DNA of 18,289 bases from Candidatus Rokuibacteriota bacterium (GTDB lineage: Bacteria; Methylomirabilota; Methylomirabilia; Rokubacteriales; DASRDR01): assembly GCA_044866005.1 (NCBI GenBank), contig JBIOTN010000178.1, positions 1-18,289 of the forward strand. Reading direction: 5' to 3'. Below are positions 7,115-15,899 of this stretch, piece after piece (the first letter of the stretch is position 1; each line of letters starts with the position of its first letter). The position numbers and the translations under genes were made by a program. Under the pieces are notes generated by a model. It was given only the letters and a program-made list of their open reading frames with translations. It did not search any database and was not told the origin of the DNA.

Positions 7115-8701
7115 ATGCGGAGGATGCTCGCCCTGCTCGCGGCCCTGCTGGTCGCGGGCGCCGCAGGGGTGGCCGCGGCGGCGACGCCGAAGGACACCGT
7201 GATCATGGCCAAGCAGATCGACGACATCATCTCGATGGACCCGGCCGAGTCGTTCGAGTTCTCGGGGAGCGAGGCGATCGGCAACATCTACGAGCGGCTC
7301 ATCGGCTACGACCTGAAGAACGTGAGCCAGCTCAAGGGCGAGCTGGCCGAGAGCTGGTCGGTCGCGCCCGACGGGAAGACCTACACCTTCAAGATGCGGA
7401 CGAACGCGCGCTTCCACTCCGGAAACCCCGTGACCGCGCGTGACGCCGCCTACTCGCTCCAGCGCGCCGTCAGCCTGAACAAGTCGCCCGGCTTCATCCT
7501 GACCCAGTTCGGCTTCAGCAAGGAGAACATGCGGGAGAAGATCCGGGCCGTGGACGACCAGACCCTCGTCGTCGAGACCGCCGAGGCCGTCGCCCCCACC
7601 TTCTTCTACTACTGCCTGACCGCGGTGGTGGGCGGCATCGTGGACAGCAAGGTGGTCCAGTCCCACGACAAGGACGGGGACTTCGGCAACGAGTGGCTCA
7701 AGACGAACTCGGCCGGCTCCGGGCCGTTCAAGCTCGTGAGCTGGAAGGCCAGCGAGGCCTACACGCTGGAGCGCCACGACGGCTACTGGGGCGCCACCAA
7801 GGCCCTCCCGCGCCGCGTGGTGGTGCGCCACGTGGCCGAGCCGGCGAGCCAGCGGCTGCTCCTGGAAAAGGGGGACGTCGACTACGCCCGCAACCTCACC
7901 AAGGACCAGCTCGACGCGCTGAAGGGCAACCGCAACATCGTCGTCCAGCAGGGCCCCAAGGGCTCCATCCTCTACCTCGGCCTCAACCAGAAGAACCCGA
8001 ACCTCGCCAAGCCCGAGGTGCGGGAGGCGCTCAAGTACCTGGTGGACTACGCCGGGATCGAGGAGAACATCGTGCGCGGCCGGTTCACCATCCACCAGGC
8101 CTTCCTGCCCCGCGGCTTCCTCGGCGCGATCGACGACCGGCCCTACAAGTTCGATCTGGAGAAGGCGCGGGCGCTCCTGGGGAAGGCCGGGCTCCCCAAC
8201 GGCTTCAGCGTGACGATGGACGTGCGGAACACCTCGCCGATCATCGACATCGCCCAGGCCATCCAGGCGAACTGGGCGAAGGCGGGCGTCAAGCTCGAGC
8301 TGATCCCGGGCGACGGCAAGCAGACGCTCACCAAGTACCGGGCGCGGAACCACGACATCTACATCGGCCAGTGGGGACCGGACTACCAGGACCCGCACAC
8401 CAACGCCGAGACCTTCGCCATGAACCTCGACAACTCGGACAACGCCAAGTCGAAGACGCTCGCCTGGCGGAACAGCTGGGACATCCCCGAGATGAGCCGG
8501 ATGGTCCAGGCGGCCGTCCGCGAGCGCGACGCCCGGAAGCGCGAGGCGATGTACCGCGAGATCCAGCGCGAGCACCAGAAGAGCTCGCCCTTCGTGATCC
8601 TGTTCCAGGAGACCGAGGTGGTGGCGCATCCGAAGAGCGTGGACGGCTTCGTCATCGGCCCGAGCTTCGACAACAACCTCTACCACGCGATCAGGAAGTA
8701 G
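7115..8701 (+). CDS. Peptide/nickel ABC transporter substrate-binding protein (family 5, DppA/DdpA-like)
   Basis: Signal peptide; SMDPA, IYERLI, LAESWSVAPDGKTYTFKMR..ARFHSGNPVTARD..YSL.R (family 5 signature), GSGPFKL, VREALKYLVD. Confidence 0.95.
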   Translation: MRRMLALLAALLVAGAAGVAAAATPKDTVIMAKQIDDIISMDPAESFEFSGSEAIGNIYERLIGYDLKNVSQLKGELAESWSVAPDGKTYTFKMRTNARFHSGNPVTARDAAYSLQRAVSLNKSPGFILTQFGFSKENMREKIRAVDDQTLVVETAEAVAPTFFYYCLTAVVGGIVDSKVVQSHDKDGDFGNEWLKTNSAGSGPFKLVSWKASEAYTLERHDGYWGATKALPRRVVVRHVAEPASQRLLLEKGDVDYARNLTKDQLDALKGNRNIVVQQGPKGSILYLGLNQKNPNLAKPEVREALKYLVDYAGIEENIVRGRFTIHQAFLPRGFLGAIDDRPYKFDLEKARALLGKAGLPNGFSVTMDVRNTSPIIDIAQAIQANWAKAGVKLELIPGDGKQTLTKYRARNHDIYIGQWGPDYQDPHTNAETFAMNLDNSDNAKSKTLAWRNSWDIPEMSRMVQAAVRERDARKREAMYREIQREHQKSSPFVILFQETEVVAHPKSVDGFVIGPSFDNNLYHAIRK

Positions 8702-8777
8702 GATGGGCGTTCCCCGAGTGTCAGCCCCGATGGGCCATCCCGGGTGGCGCCGTGCGCGCTACACCAATACGTAGGCA

Positions 8778-9845
8778 GTGCCCGGAGACGCCGCTCGGAC
8801 AGACGCGTCGGGGGCACGGAGTCGCCCGCTCCCGACGCGGCTGATCTGGCCGGCCGCGCGGCTCGCCCTGTCGGTCGGTCTCACGTTTCTCGGGCTCCTC
8901 CTCGTCACCTTCCTGATCGGCCGCGTCGTCCCCATCGACCCCGTCCTGGCGGCGGTCGGGGACCGCGCCCCGGCGGCCGTCTACGAGCGCGTCCGCGTCG
9001 AGCTCGGCCTCCACCTGCCGCTCCACCAGCAGTTCGCCCGGTACGTCCGCAAGGTGCTGGCCGGCGACTTCGGCCGCTCCGTCCTCACCTCCAACCCGGT
9101 CCTGACGGACATCCGGCGGGTCTTCCCGGCCACGCTGGAGCTGGCGACGGTGGCCACCGTGATCGGCGTGGCCCTGGGCGTCCCGATCGGCGTCCTGGCC
9201 GCGGTCCACCGGGGCCGGGTCACCGACCAGGTGATCCGCGTCTTCGGCCTCCTCGGCTATTCCGTTCCCGTCTTCTGGCTCGGTCTGGTGGGGCTGCTCG
9301 TGTTCTACGCGCGGCTCGGCTGGGTCGCCGGCCCCGGGCGGCTCGACGTCGCCTTCGACGACCTGGTCCAGCCCGTCACGGGCGTGATCCTCCTCGACGC
9401 CGCGCTCGCCGGGGAAGGGGAGGTCTTCCTGAACGCCCTGAGCCACGTGATCCTCCCGGCCTCGATCCTGGGCTACTTCTCGCTCGCCTACATCAGCCGG
9501 ATGACGCGGAGCTTCATGCTGGCCGAGCTGGGACAGGAATACGTCGTCACGGCGCGCGTGAAGGGGCTCGCCGAGCGCCGGGTCGTCTGGCGCCACGCGC
9601 TCGGGAACGTCCTGGTCCCGCTGATCACGGTGATCGCCCTCTCCTACGCGAACCTCCTGGAGGGCTCGGTGCTGACCGAGACGGTCTTCGCCTGGCCGGG
9701 GCTCGGCCAGTACATCACGAGCTCGCTGCTGAGCGCCGACATGAACGCCGTGCTCGGCGGCACCGTGGTGGTCGGCACGGTCTTCATCGGGCTCAATCTC
9801 GTATCGGACCTCCTGTATCGCCTGGTCGACCCGCGAGCCCGATGA
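8778..9845 (+). CDS. Peptide ABC transporter permease (DppB-like)
   Basis: PIDPV, LGLHLPL..QF..Y, GDFGRS, FPATLELA, YVVTARVKGL, HALGN, ETVFAWPGLG, DLLYRLVDPR. The start codon is uncertain; GTG 8778 is the earliest in frame after an upstream stop. Confidence 0.92.
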   Translation: MPGDAARTDASGARSRPLPTRLIWPAARLALSVGLTFLGLLLVTFLIGRVVPIDPVLAAVGDRAPAAVYERVRVELGLHLPLHQQFARYVRKVLAGDFGRSVLTSNPVLTDIRRVFPATLELATVATVIGVALGVPIGVLAAVHRGRVTDQVIRVFGLLGYSVPVFWLGLVGLLVFYARLGWVAGPGRLDVAFDDLVQPVTGVILLDAALAGEGEVFLNALSHVILPASILGYFSLAYISRMTRSFMLAELGQEYVVTARVKGLAERRVVWRHALGNVLVPLITVIALSYANLLEGSVLTETVFAWPGLGQYITSSLLSADMNAVLGGTVVVGTVFIGLNLVSDLLYRLVDPRAR

Positions 9846-10783
9846 GTCAGGCCGGGACGGGCCGGGACGGGATCGCCGCGGGCCGGGCCGCCGGCGTGCG
9901 CGCCTGGCTCCTGGCCGACACGCCGCGCTCGCGCGCCCAGGCCCGGCTCGGCCAGGCGTTCGTCGCCTGGCTCCTCTTCGTCCGGAACCCGCTGGCCGTC
10001 GCCGGGCTCGGGATCGTCCTCCTGCTCGTCCTGGTGGCCCTCCTGGCGCCCGCCCTGACGAGCTACTCGCCGATCGCCCAGGACCTCGGCGAGCGCCTGC
10101 GACCTCCCGGCGCCGCCCACTGGTTCGGCACGGACGAGCTGGGCCGCGACATCTACGCGCGCGTGCTCCACGGCTCCCGGGTCACGCTGGTCATCGTCTC
10201 CCTGGTGGTCGTGATGGTCGCGCCGACGGGCCTCTTCATCGGCACCGTGGCCGGCTACCTGGGGGGCTTCGTCGACACGGTGCTGATGCGCGTCACCGAC
10301 GTCTTCCTGGCCTTCCCGCGCCTCATCCTCGCCCTCGCGTTCGTCTCGGCGCTCGGGCCGGGGATCGAGAACGCCGTGATCGCCATCGCCTTCACGGCGT
10401 GGCCGCCCTACGCCCGGGTGGCCCGGGCCGAGACCCTCACCGTGCGCGCGAGCGACTTCATCAGCGCGATCCGGCTCCAGGGAGCGGGGCCGCTGCGCGT
10501 GATCCTGGGGCACATCGTGCCCCTCTGCACGGCCTCGGTCATCGTGCGCCTGACGCTCGACATGGCGGGGATCATCCTCACCGCCGCCGGGCTCGGCTTC
10601 CTCGGGCTGGGGGCCCAGCCGCCCCTGCCCGAGTGGGGCGCCATGATCGCCTCGGGCCGGAAGTTCTTGCTCGACCAGTGGTGGGTGGCGACGCTCCCGG
10701 GGGTGGCGATCTTCGTGGTGAGCCTCGGGTTCAACCTGCTCGGGGACGGGCTGCGCGACGTCCTCGACCCCCGGGCGCAATGA
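9842..10783 (+). CDS. Peptide ABC transporter permease (DppC-like), 313 aa
   Basis: ATG 9842 overlaps the upstream TGA (ATGA); HWFGTDELGRDIYARVLHG, FLGLGAQPPLPEWG, FNLLGDGLRDVLDP. Confidence 0.95.
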   Translation: MSQAGTGRDGIAAGRAAGVRAWLLADTPRSRAQARLGQAFVAWLLFVRNPLAVAGLGIVLLLVLVALLAPALTSYSPIAQDLGERLRPPGAAHWFGTDELGRDIYARVLHGSRVTLVIVSLVVVMVAPTGLFIGTVAGYLGGFVDTVLMRVTDVFLAFPRLILALAFVSALGPGIENAVIAIAFTAWPPYARVARAETLTVRASDFISAIRLQGAGPLRVILGHIVPLCTASVIVRLTLDMAGIILTAAGLGFLGLGAQPPLPEWGAMIASGRKFLLDQWWVATLPGVAIFVVSLGFNLLGDGLRDVLDPRAQ

Positions 10784-11646
10784 CCGGCGAGGGCCCGGCC
10801 GGGCCGCTGCTCGACGTGCGCGACCTCTGGGTGCGCTTCCACGGCCGGACCGGCACGGTCGAGGCCGTCCGCGGCGTGAGCTTCGCGATGGGCCGCGAGA
10901 AGCTCGGCATCGTGGGCGAGTCGGGCTCGGGCAAGACCGTGACCGGTCGCGCGCTCCTCGGTCTGGTCCGCCCGCCGGGGCAGGTCGGCGCCCGGGCGCT
11001 CCGCTTCGGCGGGGTCGACCTGCTCGCCCTGGACGAGGCCGCGATGCGGCGGATCCGGGGCCGCCGCATCTCGATGGTCATGCAGGACCCGAGGTTCTCG
11101 CTGAATCCCGTGATGACCGTGGGAAGCCAGATCGCGGAGGCCTACCGGGTCCACTCCGAGGCCTCGGCGCGGGAGGCGCGGCGGCGCACGCTCGAGATGC
11201 TGGCGGCGGTCCGGATCCGCGACCCCGCGCGCGTCTACGACCTCTACCCGCACCAGGTCTCGGGCGGGATGGGCCAGCGGGTGATGATCGCCATGATGCT
11301 GATCCCGGACCCCGACCTGCTGATCGCCGACGAGCCGACGTCCGCCCTGGACGTCACCGTGCAGATGCAGGTGCTGGCCATCATCGACGACCTGGTGAGC
11401 CGCCGCGGCATGGGGCTCGTCTTCATCAGCCACGACCTGAACCTCGTCGCCTCGTTCTGCGACCGGGTGCTGATCATGTACGCGGGGCGGATCGTGGAGA
11501 CCTGCCCGGCCGCCGCCCTCCACGAGGCGCGCCATCCCTACACGCGAGGGCTCCTCGAGTCGCTCCCCCGCGTGGACCGGCCGGTCCGCGAGCTTGCCGT
11601 GCTCCAGCGCGACCCGGCCTGGCGCGACGCCCCGCTGCCGGCATGA
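10780..11646 (+). CDS. Peptide ABC transporter ATP-binding protein (DppD-like), 288 aa
   Basis: ATGA overlap at 10780; GESGSGKT, YPHQVSGGM, LIADEPTSALDV, ISHDL, HPYTRGLL. Confidence 0.95.
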   Translation: MTGEGPAGPLLDVRDLWVRFHGRTGTVEAVRGVSFAMGREKLGIVGESGSGKTVTGRALLGLVRPPGQVGARALRFGGVDLLALDEAAMRRIRGRRISMVMQDPRFSLNPVMTVGSQIAEAYRVHSEASAREARRRTLEMLAAVRIRDPARVYDLYPHQVSGGMGQRVMIAMMLIPDPDLLIADEPTSALDVTVQMQVLAIIDDLVSRRGMGLVFISHDLNLVASFCDRVLIMYAGRIVETCPAAALHEARHPYTRGLLESLPRVDRPVRELAVLQRDPAWRDAPLPA

Positions 11647-12413
11647 TCGAGGTCGAGCGGCTCCACGTCACCTTCGGCCACGGCACCTCCGCGGTGCGCG
11701 CGGTGCAGGAGGTCTCCTTCCGGGTCGGCGAGGGCGCCGCCTTCGGCCTGGTCGGCGAGTCGGGCTCGGGAAAGTCGACGGTGCTCCGCGCCCTCTGCGG
11801 GCTCGTCGAGAGCTGGCAGGGCCGCATCGCGGTCGCCGGCCGCGAGCAGGGACGGCGGCGCGAGCGGCGCTTCTACAAGGCCGTCCAGATGGTCTTCCAG
11901 GACCCCTACGGCTCGCTCCATCCCCGCCACACCGTGGACCGGATGCTGTCGGAGGCGATCGTCATCCACCGGCTGGGCGACGCCCACCGCCGGATCGAGC
12001 GGGCCCTTGCCGACGTCGGCCTCGGTCCCGCCTTCCGCTTCCGGTACCCGCACCAGCTTTCGGGTGGACAGCGGCAGCGGGTCGCCGTCGCGCGGGCGCT
12101 GATCCTGGAGCCGCGGATCCTCCTGCTCGACGAGCCGACCTCGTCGCTCGACGTCTCCGTCCAGGCGGAAGTCCTGAACCTCCTGATGCGGCTGCGCGTC
12201 GAGCGCGGGCTCACCTTCATCCTGGTGAGCCACAACCTCGCGGTCGTCGCGCACATGTGCGACCACCTGGCCGTCATGAAGGCGGGCCGGGTCGTCGAGG
12301 AGATGACGGTCGCGCAGCTCCGCGCCGGCGAGGCGGCGCATCCCTACACGCGCCAGCTCCTCCAGGCGAGCCTCGGGTACGACCGCCGGGCGGTGGACGG
12401 GCTCGAGACGTGA
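11643..12413 (+). CDS. Peptide ABC transporter ATP-binding protein (DppF-like)
   Basis: ATGA overlap; GESGSGKST, YPHQLSGGQRQR, LLDEPTSSLDVS, HPYTRQLL. Confidence 0.95.
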   Translation: MIEVERLHVTFGHGTSAVRAVQEVSFRVGEGAAFGLVGESGSGKSTVLRALCGLVESWQGRIAVAGREQGRRRERRFYKAVQMVFQDPYGSLHPRHTVDRMLSEAIVIHRLGDAHRRIERALADVGLGPAFRFRYPHQLSGGQRQRVAVARALILEPRILLLDEPTSSLDVSVQAEVLNLLMRLRVERGLTFILVSHNLAVVAHMCDHLAVMKAGRVVEEMTVAQLRAGEAAHPYTRQLLQASLGYDRRAVDGLET

Positions 12414-12414
12414 C

Positions 12415-13164
12415 GTGAGCGGGCTCGAAGACCTGGTGGTCGTCGTGACCGGCGCGGCCCAGGGGATCGGGGAGCGGATCGCGCGGACGCTCGCCGCGGA
12501 CGGGGCCGCGCTCCTGCTCGCGGACGTCCAGGAGGCGAAGGCCGCGGGGGTCGCCGCCGCCTTGCGCGCCGACGGCGCCCGCGCCGAGTCCGCGGCGGTG
12601 GACATCGCGAGCCCGGCGCAGGCGGCGGCCATGGTCGAGGCCGCCCTCCAGCGCTTCGGCCGGGTCGACGCGCTCGTCAACAACGCCGGGATCGACGCCC
12701 CGCGCGGGCTCGCCTGGGAGATCGACGAGGCCGACTGGCGGCGGCTCGTCGACGTGAACCTCTCGGGTGCCTGGTGGTGCATCAAGGCCGTGCTGCCGCA
12801 CATGATGGCCCGGCGGCGCGGCAAGATCGTGAGCATCAGCTCGGTCCAGGCGCGCCTGGGGAGCAACTGGGCGTCGCCGGCCTATGCCGCGGCGAAGGCG
12901 GGGCTGATCGGCCTCACGGTCTGCCTCTCCGTCCAGCTCGAGCCGTACGGGATCCTGGTGAACGCGATCACGCCGGGCCCGGTCGGGACGACCGGCACCC
13001 CGATGACGGAGGAGGAGAAGGCCGCGTACGCCGCGGCTCAGCCGCTCGGGCTGGGCGGGCCCCAGCCGGTCGCCGACGCGGTGCGCTATCTGCTCGGGCC
13101 GTCGGGGAACTGGACGAGCGGCGCCGTCCTCAACGTCAGCGGCGGTCGCCTCCGCGGCATGTAG
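12415..13164 (+). CDS. Short-chain dehydrogenase/reductase (FabG-like SDR)
   Basis: TGAAQGIG, NNAG, catalytic S and YAAAK, VNAITPG; GTG start 1 nt after the dppF-like stop. Confidence 0.92.
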   Translation: MSGLEDLVVVVTGAAQGIGERIARTLAADGAALLLADVQEAKAAGVAAALRADGARAESAAVDIASPAQAAAMVEAALQRFGRVDALVNNAGIDAPRGLAWEIDEADWRRLVDVNLSGAWWCIKAVLPHMMARRRGKIVSISSVQARLGSNWASPAYAAAKAGLIGLTVCLSVQLEPYGILVNAITPGPVGTTGTPMTEEEKAAYAAAQPLGLGGPQPVADAVRYLLGPSGNWTSGAVLNVSGGRLRGM

Positions 13165-13242
13165 CGCCTGTTCGCCGGCGATCGCGCGCGCGCGCGTCAG
13201 CCGGACCTGGCTCGCGCGCGGCCTCAGGGTATGCGGGGTAAC

Positions 13243-14001
13243 CTAGCGTCGGTAGGAAGGATCTTCGGCGTCGAGGCGCCGGACCAGGGCGTCCCAGTCG
13301 AGCTGCCCGAAGGGCTCGCCCTCGTACCAGGTCCAGTAGCGCCGCGCCGCGTCCTCGCACACCTCGCGGGGCGGAATGCGGAGCGGCTGGCCGGTCGCGA
13401 GCGCCTGGACCTGGATCTCGCAGGCCCGGTCGAGGTAGTGCATCAGGACGAACGCCTCCGAGATCGCGCGGCCGACGGTGAGCAGCCCGTGGTTGCGCAT
13501 GACGAGGGCGCACTTGTCCCCGAGGTCCTCGACCAGCGCCTTGCACTCGTCGATCTGTTCGACGTAGGCGTAATCGGTGTAGGCGACGCGGCCGTAGAAG
13601 ATCAGGTTGATCTGGTTGACCGGCAGGAGCTCGCCCTGGAGCGCGCCCAGCACGGTGCCCGCCCGCGTGTGGGTGTGGACGATGCACGCGGCATCCGCTC
13701 TGGCCCGGTGGATCGCCCCGTGGATCGCGAACCCCGCAGGGTTCAGCCCGTAAGGCGTGTCGTCGAGGACCTCGCCGTCGAAGTCGCACTTCACCAGGTT
13801 CGAGGCCGTCACCTCCTCGAACAGGAGGCCGAAGGGGTTCAGCAGGAATTCACGCTCGGCGCCGGGAACCATCGCCGAGACGTGGGTCGAGGTGAGGTCC
13901 GTCATCCGGAACTTCGCCAGCAGCCGGTAGCAGGCGGCGAGCTGGATCCGGGTCGCCCATTCCGCCGGCGAGCAGCGCTCCTCGGGGGTCACGGCCGCCA
14001 T
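13243..14001 (-). CDS. Class II aldolase/adducin family protein, 252 aa
   Basis: GGAGGAGGA RBS before ATG 14001; RIQLAACYRL, THVS, FLLNPFGLLFEEVTASNLVK, GFAIHGAIH, metal ligands HTH and RNHG. Confidence 0.93.
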   Translation of the reverse strand: MAAVTPEERCSPAEWATRIQLAACYRLLAKFRMTDLTSTHVSAMVPGAEREFLLNPFGLLFEEVTASNLVKCDFDGEVLDDTPYGLNPAGFAIHGAIHRARADAACIVHTHTRAGTVLGALQGELLPVNQINLIFYGRVAYTDYAYVEQIDECKALVEDLGDKCALVMRNHGLLTVGRAISEAFVLMHYLDRACEIQVQALATGQPLRIPPREVCEDAARRYWTWYEGEPFGQLDWDALVRRLDAEDPSYRR

Positions 14002-14068
14002 GGGATTTCCTCCTCCAGTGCCGATCTTGCCGGGGCGGTCGGGGGGTGGGGTCAGCCTGTCGCCACGG

Positions 14069-14077
14069 AGTGTAGCA
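14069..14077 (-). promoter_or_regulatory. Extended -10 promoter of the class II aldolase gene
   Basis: Minus strand TG-C-TACACT about 70 nt upstream of ATG 14001. Confidence 0.5.
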
Positions 14078-14234
14078 TGGCCGATCGCGCCCGGATCCCC
14101 GGCACACGGGTCGCGCTCCCAAATGGGAGTCGTGGCCGGGCGACGCCGGCAAGGCCGCTCCGTACTTGAGCCATCGGCCGCACCGGAGGGTGTCCCATTC
14201 GCGGACGTCCGCCAGTGAAACAGGGCATATGGAT

Positions 14235-14250
14235 CGGCCCCTAGTTTGCT
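14235..14250 (+). promoter_or_regulatory. Putative sigma54 (-24/-12) promoter upstream of the gvpA-like gene
   Basis: CGGCCC-CTAGT-TTGCT: exact GG-N10-GC spacing with TTGC, in a locally AT-richer intergenic patch about 110 nt before ATG 14363. Confidence 0.5.
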
Positions 14251-14362
14251 AGAAGGGGGTGGGTTTGTCGAAGCTTCCGTGCGCCGAGCGTCGTCCGGGG
14301 TCGCCGGTCTCCACTCTCCTCGGCCGGCCTCCCGGCGCGAGCTCACCAGGGGCGCGTCGCGG

Positions 14363-14668
14363 ATGACGATCGAGCGAACGCCGCCGCGTGCCAGCCTCAT
14401 CGATGTCCTCGATCGAGTCCTGGACAAGGGCATCATCATCGACGCATGGGTGCGTCTGTCCCTGGCGGGCCTCGACCTCATCGCGATCGATGCCCGCATC
14501 GTCGTCGCGTCGATCGGGACCTACCTGGAGCAAGCCGAGTCGCTCCGCCGGCTCGATGTCATGGCCAGGCGCCCTGCGGGCCTGGCGACGATCGAGGCGG
14601 CGCCGGAAGGCGGCCCGATCGAGAGAGTCCCCGCCAAGCCACGCCTGCCGCGCCCCCGCGCGGCGTAA
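14363..14668 (+). CDS. gvpA: Gas vesicle structural protein GvpA/GvpJ family, 101 aa
   Basis: SLIDVLDRVLDKGIIIDAWVRLSLAGLDLIAIDARIVVASIGTYL matches the GvpA core signature (L.EV.DRILDKG.VIDAWVRVSLVGIELL.IEAR.V.AS.ETYL); Pro/Arg-rich C-terminal extension. Confidence 0.85.
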   Translation: MTIERTPPRASLIDVLDRVLDKGIIIDAWVRLSLAGLDLIAIDARIVVASIGTYLEQAESLRRLDVMARRPAGLATIEAAPEGGPIERVPAKPRLPRPRAA

Positions 14669-14755
14669 CGCCGCGCTCGTCCTTTTAGGGGTCTTCTGCC
14701 CGCATCGCCCCGCGGCATTTGCCCGCGGTCGCGCCGGCGCCGTGCGCCGCCGTGA

Positions 14756-14869
14756 CCGGCCAGCCCCTGGCCCGACGTCCGCGGCGGCGCGAAGATCTTC
14801 CTGACGGGCGACGCCAAGTTCGTGTCGGGCGACTCGAGCGGCAAGGGGAAGGGCAAGGGCAAGAAGTAA
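14756..14869 (+). pseudogene. Start-less coding remnant (...PWPDVRGGAKIFLTGDAKFVSGDSSGKGKGKGKK*)
   Basis: Codon usage is protein-like, ends in TAA at 14867-14869 and is followed by a hairpin. An in-frame TGA (14753-14755) bounds it upstream, and there is no plausible start or RBS. Confidence 0.35.
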
Positions 14870-14870
14870 C

Positions 14871-14887
14871 GCCCCGGCGAGCGGGGC
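14871..14887 (+). terminator. Short GC hairpin after the remnant ORF
   Basis: GCCCCG-GCGAG-CGGGGC starting 1 nt after the TAA; no clear U-tract. Confidence 0.35.
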
Positions 14888-14953
14888 CGTTCGTCGCCGC
14901 GCCCACGGGCGTCGAGCCCTCTTGACGCCCGTGGCCTTTCTCGCCGGGATGCC

Positions 14954-14982
14954 TTGACGGCGCCCGGGACGCGCCGTAGAGT
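14954..14982 (+). promoter_or_regulatory. Sigma70 promoter of the DUF4238-like gene
   Basis: TTGACG (14954-14959) - 17 nt - TAGAGT (14977-14982); ATG is 14 nt after the -10. Confidence 0.65.
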
Positions 14983-14996
14983 CGGGCCCCGCGGTC

Positions 14997-15896
14997 ATGA
15001 GCGTCCTGTCCGCGCGCCGGCAGCTCGTCCCCTCGTTCGTCGTCGCGGCGTTCGCCGACGCGGGCGGGCAGGTCATGGCGGAGCGCCGCGACCGCAGCCG
15101 CCGCCGGATCGTCTCCGCGCGGCAGGCCGTCGAGGAGCTCGGTTTCTACGTCGTCGCGGGGGAGGGCGATGCCGCGCGGGACCTCGCCCGGCTGCTTGCC
15201 GGGATCGAGGCGCAGGCCGCCCGCGTCATCCCGGGGATGCTCGCGGGAGGCTTCCCCCCGCGCGGCGAGGACCGGGCCTGTCTCGCGCTCTTCCTCGGCA
15301 TGCAGCTCGTCGTGGGACGGGGCCATCGCGCGGCCCTCCGCTGGACGGCGGGCATGCTCGGGCGGGTGATCGAGGCGAGCCTCCAGGAGCTGGCCGGCGG
15401 GGAGGCCGCCGAGGCCGCGGCCGAAGCCCCGGGCGCCGCGGTGGAAGGCGAGGACCCGCCCCATGCGGTCGCCGCGGCGCTGGAGCCGGAGCCCGGGCCG
15501 GCGCAGGTCGTCGTCCACGACGGGGAGCCCGTGAGGGTCGACGTCACGCGCGGCCTTCGCGCGGCGCGCCTGCTCGCGGCACGGACCTGGCAGCTCGTCC
15601 GGTTCCCGCGCCCCGTGCTCCTGACAGGCGATACGCCGGTCGTCCTCTGGGGCTCGCCGGCGCGCGGGCTGCCGTATCCGACGGGTCTCGGCCGGGCGGA
15701 CGAGGCGCGCTTCCCGCTCGATCCGCGGCACGCGCTCATCGTGGCGCGGAAGGCGCCGGCCGGCGAAGTCGTCCGCGACCTCGGCGAGCGCCACGCGCGG
15801 GCACTCAATCGGACGCTCGCCGAGCGCGCGCAGGAGTGGATGTACTACCACCCGGAGTCCGACCCCCTGGAAGGCGTGGAGCTGGCCTCGCCCTGA
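14997..15896 (+). CDS. DUF4238-like protein
   Basis: N-terminal VP.F....F, IE..AA.VI, R..LALF...Q, W.LV......LLTGDTPV, FPLDPRHAL, LN......A..WMY resemble DUF4238 motifs (recognised by eye). Confidence 0.65.
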   Translation: MSVLSARRQLVPSFVVAAFADAGGQVMAERRDRSRRRIVSARQAVEELGFYVVAGEGDAARDLARLLAGIEAQAARVIPGMLAGGFPPRGEDRACLALFLGMQLVVGRGHRAALRWTAGMLGRVIEASLQELAGGEAAEAAAEAPGAAVEGEDPPHAVAAALEPEPGPAQVVVHDGEPVRVDVTRGLRAARLLAARTWQLVRFPRPVLLTGDTPVVLWGSPARGLPYPTGLGRADEARFPLDPRHALIVARKAPAGEVVRDLGERHARALNRTLAERAQEWMYYHPESDPLEGVELASP

Positions 15897-15899
15897 TGG

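Noticed and set aside
6908..8686. Long antisense ORFs (e.g. 6908..8686, 2039..3427, 81..935, 11538..12866, 16457..17419)
   Set aside because: Shadow ORFs opposite well-supported genes, expected from high-GC codon bias; no recognisable motifs.
8703..8774. ATG-initiated 23-codon ORF in frame with the dppB-like gene, ending in TAG (possible read-through or pyrrolysine)
   Set aside because: The peptide has no permease-like character, the permease is complete without it, and there is no pyl context; likely chance.
13183..13219. (CG)n run and imperfect hairpin between the SDR and the aldolase
   Set aside because: A short alternating CG tract is unremarkable at this GC content; at most a weak terminator.
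14753..14755. Second possible Sec UGA upstream of the GKGKGK remnant
   Set aside because: No plausible start or RBS between the gvpA stop and this TGA, and no Cys-type motif context or convincing SECIS.
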